DNA of 63,929 bases, counting the filler, from Thraustochytrium aureum (taxonomy: Eukaryota), in NCBI GenBank assembly GCA_012862495.1. It is 4 parts of 3 records of this genome, joined end to end, with 100 filler letters (N's around TTAATTAATTAA, not from the genome) between each part and the next. Parts side by side here need not be neighbours in the genome. Positions count along the whole stretch, not along the records: positions 53,110 to 63,929 come from BLSG01000419.1; 3 more parts are not named here. One strand, given 5' to 3'. Each line of letters begins with the position of its first letter. The stretch's first letter is position 1. Below are positions 55,937 to 63,929 of this stretch, one piece after another. Below the pieces are notes generated by a model. It searched no databases and was not told the DNA's origin. It saw only the letters and a program-made list of their open reading frames with translations. Both the position numbers and the translations under genes were made by a program.

Positions 55937-57325
55937 CCGCCTGGCGTGCCTCCCGTTCCGAGCTCGTCCCTCAATCCGCTCTCGAGTTCCGTCCGTGCCT
56001 CGTTGCCGTCGGTGCTCCCATCCCTCTGTTTGTACCTGCCGCCTGTCCATGACTGGGAGCTGCAGAGGGCGACCAGATCGTAGAGACCTTGTCGTCCTGG
56101 CTCCGGTCGATGATTAAATAAAACATCCAACTAACCTATGACGCACTTGCTCTCCAACTNNNNNNNNNNNNNNNNNNNNNNNNNNNNNNNNNNNNNNNNN
56201 NNNNNNNNNNNNNNNNNNNNNNNNNNNNNNNNNNNNNNNNNNNNNNNNNNNNNNNNNNNNNNNNNNNNNNNNNNNNNNNNNNNNNNNNNNNNNNNNNNNN
56301 NNNNNNNNNNNNNNNNNNNNNNNNNNNNNNNNNNNNNNNNNNNNNNNNNNNNNNNNNNNNNNNNNNNNNNNNNNNNNNNNNNNNNNNNNNNNNNNNNNNN
56401 NNNNNNNNNNNNNNGCTTTGACTTCGTTGCGGTCTCGTTCCTCGTAACGCACCCACGATGCGAGGTGGTGAACTCGATGCGGCACCTGACGGTACTGCAG
56501 GTGGTACATGCATAAAGAGCTCGCTCCGAGCGACACATCGACAGAACACTGAGCACCGCGCGTTGCCACTGGCAGCAGCAGCAGCAGCAGCAGCACTTCG
56601 CAAGCGCCTCCACCGCCATGGGGCCGTTCCCTCATGTCGCGCAGCAAGTTCGAGTACCAGTACTTGTAGAGTACTCGAGTACTCGTAGAACTCTATGAGT
56701 CTCTATCCCTTTTTGACGGCGAACAAACCGTCGATTCCCCGAGAACTTTCCACCCACGCAAACTGCCGCACGTTCTACCTGTTTAACCCACACAATTCCC
56801 TACCACCCCCCACACACCATATCAAGGCAAGCAGCCCACGTTGGGGATCGCTCTTGGGGGGCATTCAGCGAGTTAAAGTGAAAGGAGGGTCAAAGTGCAG
56901 AGAGGACGGACGGCTGGGCGGCAGACGCGAGTGCGCGTGTGTTCGCCGTCGCAGGCAGTGCCAGCTCGCCGCCGTCGTGGCAGCGCCCCGTTACGGCGCT
57001 CTGTGTGGGTCTTCGGGCTGCGGTACTCGCTCTCTCGCCTAACTCGCTGCTGGATTTCGCGCGCTTTGGTTCGCTCGCGCTTTCGTTCGCGCGTCCAGAT
57101 CTCCTCATCTCGATCCATCCGTCCATCCATCCGTCCATTCGATCATCGGTTGGTGGCGTGACGGACCTGCGAGCGACGGTGCGGGCGGCCGTGCAAGGGC
57201 GCCAAGGGCGCACGGCGGAGGCCGGGGATTTGGCGCGGACGGGGCGGACGCGAAAGCGTCCGCGGGGCCGGGAGGGTGACGAGGACGGCGCGGGCGCGCT
57301 TGCGCCTGGTCGGACGGGGGAAGGG

Positions 57326-59204
57326 ATGACGGAACAGACCTTGGACGCGGGGTCGAAGAATGGCGGCGGCGGCTGCGGGCATCGATCTAGCCCGCGAGAT
57401 CCTGCCGCTGTGAAGCCACCGAACGGCCCTGAAGAGGCCGGCGACCGGGACGAGCAACGCGACATGGTACTCAGCGACGGCGCTCTGCGGCAGCGGCTGG
57501 ACTCGACCTCGTCTCAAGCCCAGGACAAGGGCGAGACTGAGCTGGACACCGCCTCTGACGCGCAGGTTGACGCAGAAGGCGAGTCGGACAGTAGTGTACG
57601 AACGGCCATCGCCGAGTCCATCTCCAACGATCATGGCGACTCGAAAGCAGTGGCACCATCAGCCGTCGATGTCGTGTTCGTTGGTAACTCGACTCGCCGC
57701 CATGGGGCCCCAGAGTCGCAGGATCAAGCCTTGCGAAAAGACAGGAGCGAGCCTTGCAAGACTCGCGGGAGCCGCCACATCAGCAGAGTCAGCAGCAGCC
57801 GTGGCAACAAGTCCAATCTGATCAACAGCAGCAGCAGCAGCAGCAGCAGCTACAGCAGCAGCAGCAGCAGCTACTACAGCAGCAACATAAGGAACTAGAC
57901 CAACGCAGACGGTCTGGCCATTTTAGCGAGACCGGCACCCGTAGCCCTCAACACCGCCAACGTTTCGAAGATATCGACCACGGTGACCATTCTCGTTACA
58001 GCCACGGTGACCGCGACGACAATCGCGCCAACAGGCCAGACGCGCAGGAAAAGCGCCACTCGCGCCGGCGGCCCTCCCACGGATCGCACAAAGTGTACGT
58101 GAGGGCGAGCCGGCAGGAGGGCGCGCAAGGCGAGCGCGGGCCTGGGGTTGCAAGCGGGGCCTCGGGCGACCTCTCACAGAGCGAGGTGGACGAGATGGAA
58201 GAGACCGAACTCGCAAAGGACCTGATGGAGCGCCAGGCCAGCGAGGACGCCGGCGCCGGCATGGACGAACAGCAGGGCATAGTTATGGAGGGCGTCAGCG
58301 CCGACCAACAGGGCCGCGTGCCCCACCTGATGCAGGAGGAGACGTGGGACTGTGGCCTCGCGAGCCTCAAGATGGTGCTCCGTGCGGCGCGCCCCGGCCT
58401 CGACGCAGACAAGCTTTCGAACGAGGCCCTTCTCCGGATTGTGCAGACCAAGAGCATCTGGACCAGTAAGTTTTGTGAGCGCTGCCGTCGGCGCTGCGCT
58501 CTCGTTCGGTTCGCAGACGCTAACCGGCGGCCCTTTGTCGAATTATTTGCCACGCAGTCGATCTTGCCTACGTGCTGGCCTTCTTCAAGGTCCCATTCGT
58601 CTTTTACACAATTAGCACCAACGTCAACAAATCGGCGTACCGAGGCATGCCCTTTTACCGCGAGATCGACAACGACGAACTGCGAGTCAACATCTACTTT
58701 GAACAAGCCGAGCAGCGCGGCGTCCCCGTCGTCCAGCGCTCGCTTGCCAACGAGGAGGTGCGCGCCATTCTCACCGCCAAGGTTCCACTGTACTGCGCAG
58801 TCTGCCAGAGTGACCTGCAAGCGCCGTGCCGCCACAACCAACCCCCACGCCCGAGCGTGCAGCGCTGCGCGATCGTTCTTGTCGATATCACGATCATGCG
58901 CTCATTCGCGCGCGACAAGCCAAAGTCCAGCGCGCGCAACTACGGCCGCTGGTTCCTGCAGGCCATCCAAGACAACCTCAAAGGCGCCATCGTCTCCTCT
59001 GTTCGCACGAGCTACAGCGGCCACTACATTGTGCTAATCGGCTACGACCCTGGTGGCGACGAGTACGCTTACCGCGACCCTGCAAGTGCTCTTGCCTGCT
59101 GCTTCGTGGACGCAGCCGTGCTCGACAAGGCGCGTCGCGCCACTGGAACAGATGAGGACATCATCTTCATCGAACTTGACGGATCCCACCCGTCCGCCAT
59201 GTGA
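57326..59204 (+). CDS. GUCD1: GUCD1 / peptidase C39-like protein with long disordered poly-Q N-terminus
   Basis: VPHLMQEETWDCGLA, SIWT|IDLAYVL joined by GT-AG intron 58466-58557, YSGHYIVLIGYD, RDPAS and ARRATGTDEDIIFI. The start and N-terminal frame are uncertain. Confidence 0.88.
57826..57886 (+). repeat. (CAG)n microsatellite / poly-Q
   Basis: Interrupted CAG run within the GUCD1 N-terminal extension. Confidence 0.9.
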
Positions 59205-59505
59205 CAATTTTGTTTCTCTCTCGGGATGTGTCCACTCGCGCGAGTCGGCTTGGGCGCACTTTTCCTCTGCTCTGCTTCTGTAGCGCCTGCTGTGGGTGGC
59301 CATCCAGGTAAAATTCTTTTCTTGTTTTGATTGTCAACTCCCGGCGTGTCGTTCATGTGCATTTCGAGTCCCTCATTGAGAACGGAAGGCAGGCTATCGA
59401 AGTCGAGCCAAGTGGTTCTCCAACTCTCGCTAGCTAGCTACTAGAGAAAGAAGTCGGGTGAGGCGGTCGTCCATGCCAACGCCAAACTGACCGGCCTCAC
59501 AAGTT

Positions 59506-59660
59506 CACTGCAAAGAAAGGCATTCCAATCTCTCTACTAGTACAACCATCTCCCGCGAGAGCATGGATGGATGCGGCAAAGTAACACTGCAAAGAAAGGC
59601 ATTCCAATCTCTCTACTAGTACAACCATCTCCCGCGAGAGCATGGATGGATGGGGCAAAG
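59506..59660 (+). repeat. 79-bp direct repeat x2
   Basis: CACTGCAAAGAAAGGCATTCCAATCTCTCTACTAGTACAACCATCTCCCGCGAGAGCATGGATGGATG at 59506 and 59585. Confidence 0.93.
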
Positions 59661-59696
59661 TCAAACGCGCCGCGCGTTTTCCACCAACGCCCCAAC

Positions 59697-62600
59697 TCAT
59701 GGCGCCTTCGGCTGCGCGACAACTTGCTCAAGGAGTGCCCCAATTGAAGCCAGCTTGTCAAGCACTGCGCCCATGTCCCCACCGCCCGCGGGAGCTCCAG
59801 TCGACAAGAACATCGACCGACCAAAGCTGCTCGACGGCACACCCCGCGTAGCCTCCCCAGGCTTGGCCGACAGAGGTGCTAGCTCATGGGCCATGAGCTC
59901 GCCCAACTGGCTCCGAAACTCGCCCATGATATCGTGCACGTGCGTTCGAGACGTCTCGAGCACGGATTTTGCAAACGTATCGGTGTCTCGCACGCTCCCT
60001 AACGACTGCTCCAGATTACCATCCAAGCGCTCAACTTCGCGAAACACCAATGCCGTACTCGCGAGAACAGCGCGCAACTGCCCGAGAGCCTGGTCGCACG
60101 CCGAGCGCGCCTCTTCGGCTGTCCGGAGCGGAGTCCCAGGCACGTACGACCCACTAGCGCCTGGCGCACCGCCCGCTCTCGTCGCGCCAATCTCGGCCCG
60201 ATCCGCCGGCAGCTCGAGCGTCTGTGGCAACGAGAGCTCGCCGCTGCTGACCTCAGGAACAACGCCGAGCCCTGCCACCGCGGCGCCAAGCCCCAGAGAT
60301 CGCGCTACGCGCGCACTGCTGCGGCTTGACGCAGGGAGGGGCGCCGGGGTCTGCACGGCAGGGCTGATGAGGCCTGGCAAGTCGTTCAACAGCGATTCGC
60401 CCAAGGCGATCTCGCCGCACTCGTCTTNNNNNNNNNNNNNNNNNNNNNNNNNNNNNNNNNNNNNNNNNNNNNNNNNNNNNNNNNNNNNNNNNNNNNNNNN
60501 NNNNNNNNNNNNNNNNNNNNNNNNNNNNNNNNNNNNNNNNNNNNNNNNNNNNNNNNNNNNNNNNNNNNNNNNNNNNNNNNNNNNNNNNNNNNNNNNNNNN
60601 NNNNNNNNNNNNNNNNNNNNNNNNNNNNNNNNNNNNNNNNNNNNNNNNNNNNNNNNNNNNNNNNNNNNNNNNNNNNNNNNNNNNNNNNNNNNNNNNNNNN
60701 NNNNNNNNNNNNNNNNNNNNNNNNNNNNNNNNNNNNNNNNNNNNNNNNNNNNNNNNNNNNNNNNTTCCCTTCCGTACCTTCGCCCAGCTCGCTGCCTGCC
60801 GGGTCAGCCGCCGCACCATCGGGCGACGCGACCATAGTAGGCGGCCGCTGGCGCGGCCGCTGGTGCGCCGCGGATCGCACGTCCGAGGCAAACCCCACCG
60901 AGGCAGAGTCCTCTGCCTCTTCTGCCGCGTCTTGGGCGCATCCAGAGTCTGACTCGCCTTCGCTTGCCACAAAACCAGGGTCCTCCTCGTTGTCCTCATC
61001 CTCGTTCTCGTCGCCGCCCAGATGGCTTTCTAAGGCGCGCGCTGCGCCAGTTCGAGCCCAGGTGGGAAGCTTGTCCGAGCGGAACAGCGCGTTGTCCTCC
61101 TCCCCGAGGTCCTCCGTTGAGGCAGCGCCTTGATTGTGCGACCGCGGCGCGTTTTCGTCCTCAGGCCGCTCGGCGTCGCGGTGACGGACTGGGACTCCAT
61201 CTCCTTGAGCCTCTCCTTTATTGCGGCAGTGATCTCCGGGGCGAGGCGCCAAACAAACATGCACCCGTCCCAGGAGACCGAGACAAGCCGCTTGCAGTCG
61301 TTGCTGAAAGCGAGCCCCGTAATTGCTTCGCTGTGCCCGGCAGACCGCGCGATGCACTCGCCGCTGAAAAAGTCAAACAGCCGGATCGCCTTGTCGTGAG
61401 ACCCTGTCGCACAAAACATCCCTGCCGGGTCCAGCTTGACAGCGTTGAGCTCCCCAGCCTCGCCCTCCGGCTTGTACGAGCGAATCGCTTTGCCGTTGTT
61501 GAGCGACCAGATGCTAATCTTCTTGTCTTGGCCAGCGGTGCAAAAGTACTTGTTCGAGGCGTCAACATCGAGTGCCTGCACCGTGCCATAGGGCACAGAA
61601 ACAGACTTTTGCCGCTGCACCTTGACCTGGTCCTCGTCGGTGGCGACCTGCCTCAACACAATGGTCTTGTCTCCGCCCGCGCTAAGCAGCTTGCGCCCGT
61701 CCGCGGAGAATTTCACGGCGGTCACAATCGCGCTGTGGTCTTTCAGCGTGCGCAGCTTGGCCGCTGCAGGCCGCCTTGCCGGCCCAGTGGGTGACTCGTC
61801 CCCCCACGCGCTGCGCTTCCCCGCGCGCGGGACGCCGTACAGGTTCACGAGCCGATCGCGACCTCCTGTGGCCAGCAGGTCTTGCTTCTCTTGGCCACCG
61901 TGCTGCGGCGCGAACTCGACTGACATTACCTCGCCGGCGTGTGCGGTGGCATCATCCAGGACAAGGCACTCGGCCTCATAGTCGTATACTAGCAGGCCGC
62001 CCTGCCGGTCGCCAACAGCAACGCGAGACCCGTCTGGGGAGATCGCGACGCACTTGAGCCCTGGGGGCGTGGCTACTTCCTCGGGTCTACGCTCGGCGTG
62101 CGCAGACCTGTCCCGGCCAAGGCTCGGCGAAGGAGTCTCGGGGGCTGCGCGCGTGCGGTCGAGGTCAAGCTCGCGGACGAGCTCGAGGCTAAAGTCGTTT
62201 GCCCAGAGTGCCGAGGAGATCTGGCTCTGCTCGCTCTGGCGCTTGTTTCTTTTTTTCCTCACGGCCGCGAGCTGCCAAAACCGCACCTTGCGGTCATCCG
62301 CGCACGTTGCAAACAGTCCCTCCGGAATCCCGCCCCCGCGCGACTTTTGCGCGGGCAGGGCCGCGATACCGCTGACCCCTGTCGGGTGCGTGAGCACGGA
62401 CACCACCTTGGTGATCTCGCTGGGGTCCTTGACGTCCCAAACAAACAGGCTCCGATCCGCGTACACTGCGACGAGCTTCTCAGCATCGCGCCCCCAGTGC
62501 ACCGAGAGCGCATCAGAGTAGCGCCCTGGCAGCACGCCGCCCCCCTCGGACGACGGGCGCTCGAGGGTCTCAATCTCCCCAACGCTCTGTTGGTCGAGAG

Positions 62601-63662
62601 GCTTGTCTTGGCGCCGCGGCAGCGGCAGCGTTGCCACAAACTCAAACGAGGCTGCCTCGAAAAGGCGAACGATCCCGTCGCTGCAAGCGCATGCAATGCG
62701 CCCCCCAGCGAGTGAGAGGCTCTGGANNNNNNNNNNNNNNNNNNNNNNNNNNNNNNNNNNNNNNNNNNNNNNNNNNNNNNNNNNNNNNNNNNNNNNNNNN
62801 NNNNNNNNNNNNNNNNNNNNNNNNNNNNNNNNNNNNNNNNNNNNNNNGCCCAGACAGATTAGCGAACCGCACGCCGTCGACAAGACGTGCTTCCAGCAAG
62901 CTCGCCGGATCCGCACACGACGTCTGTAAAGGTTGACTCGCTGTAGTCGGGGAGGATCCCGGCGCGGTGTTCGACAAGCTTGCAGGAGAAAACCCCGTCC
63001 TCTGTGCCGCGGGCCCCGCTCTCGCCATCGCCATCGCCATCGCCATCCTGCTTGTCGAGCTCGTCCTCAACGGCCAAATCAGCGAGCTTGAGCGGTGCGC
63101 CGGCTTGGTGCCCACTTTTGACTATTGTCCAGAACCTGATGTGCCGCTCCCCCGCCGTGACCACGGTAGCCCCGTCGGGGCCAAAGTCGAGCGCGCCAAC
63201 TGCAGCGCCCAGGTCTTGCTCAACAATCGGGCGGCCCTCGGCCCAGTCCCAAATGACGAGTCGGTCGTCGTGCTCGAAGCCGATAGAGGCGATGGTCGTG
63301 CTGTCTGGGGAGAAGCGGAGGCTCGCTACGCCAAACTTGTGCCCTTTGAGCTCTGCGACACGTACGCTGGACTTGACATCCCAGATTGTGATCGCTGGGT
63401 TGTGGCCCTTCTCCCCGACAGCGAGGTATTTGCCATCTGGGGAGAACCTGAGACAGGCCACGGGCTTGGCCATGCGCATGTAGCACCGCTGCTTGCCCGT
63501 CGCCGTGCAGAAAAGCACCACGACGCAGCCAACGGGGTAGGCGACCTCATCCGCCTCAGCGGGGTTCACATCCACGCAGTTCTTATCCGTCGCGCTCAGT
63601 CCCACAACCTTCTCCAGCCTCAGCCCTCTGCCGCTCGAAAACGTCGGCGAGGCAGTCGCCAT
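59697..63662 (-). CDS. WDR62/MAPKBP1-like WD40 protein (gaps, indels)
   Basis: LRLEKVVGLS, VAYPVGCVVVL, GKYLAVGEKGH, LKGHKFGV, SIGFEHD, VYADRSLFVWD, LKDHSAIVTAVKF and GHSEAITGLAFSNDCKRLVSVSWDGCMFVWRL. Confidence 0.9.
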
Positions 63663-63929
63663 AATGGTGTCCCACGCCGCCTCGTCGTGCTCACAGCAAA
63701 CAAACAAACCGCGCCAACCCCAGGCAGCGCCAAGCAGCACACGCGCCAGAGCCGGCAAGCGAAACCAAGGGCTCGAGCGACTCGGCAGCGCCGCCGACTC
63801 CTCCCCCGCAGCTGCTCCTGTAGCTGCAGCAGCAGCTGCTGCTGCTGCTCCGCCTCGTAGGCAGGCAGCTCTAGACACCCAGCCTGGCGGGAGGACAAGT
63901 GGACGCTGCTGGTGGTGCTGGTGCTGGTG

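Noticed and set aside
57326..59204. Guanylyl cyclase activity implied by the GUCD1 name
   Set aside because: The motifs (Q..WDCG, GHY, DP) are papain/C39-like and no class III cyclase domain is visible.
18236..63662. Widespread programmed frameshifting or pseudogenisation (amidohydrolase, PIGN, carrier, DAO, NUP205, RBR, WD40 and others)
   Set aside because: Single-base indels, often at short homopolymers, hit essential genes whose motifs are otherwise intact. This is best explained by sequencing or assembly error.

Overview
This is eukaryotic, GC-rich protist DNA. It is most likely a stramenopile and possibly a labyrinthulomycete/thraustochytrid; that placement is inferred from gene content, not proven. 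The window is an artificial concatenation of four scaffolds joined by 44N-TTAATTAATTAA-44N linkers: A 1-16461, B 16562-41174, C 41275-53009, D 53110-63929. Scaffolds B-D carry ordinary, intron-poor host genes: TSTD2/TrhO-like rhodanese, amidohydrolase, PIGN, a sideroflexin/carrier-like protein, TAF2, a DAO-family oxidoreductase, NUP205, a DUF3431 protein, PTPS-III, UreF, oligopeptidase A, a pseudokinase-RBR protein, GUCD1 and WDR62/MAPKBP1. Many are broken by single-base indels that look like sequencing errors. Scaffold A is different. It is a compact, compositionally mosaic, apparently intronless gene cluster that looks like a large DNA virus or endogenous viral element. It encodes a myristoylated fibre-like protein with a C1q-like head, a protein with two DUF5832-like domains, several small membrane ORFans and an L-asparaginase. 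Its most striking feature is a gene-free ~1.3 kb structure (10.3-11.6 kb): two oppositely oriented arrays of ~87-bp repeats, some containing TTAGGG, enclose two ~11-bp-period micro-arrays. About 2 kb away sits a divergent pair of a tyrosine-recombinase-like gene and a Myb-domain gene. This combination is the best candidate for an undescribed system (origin, terminus or resolution locus). All family assignments are by-eye motif recognition; no searches were run.
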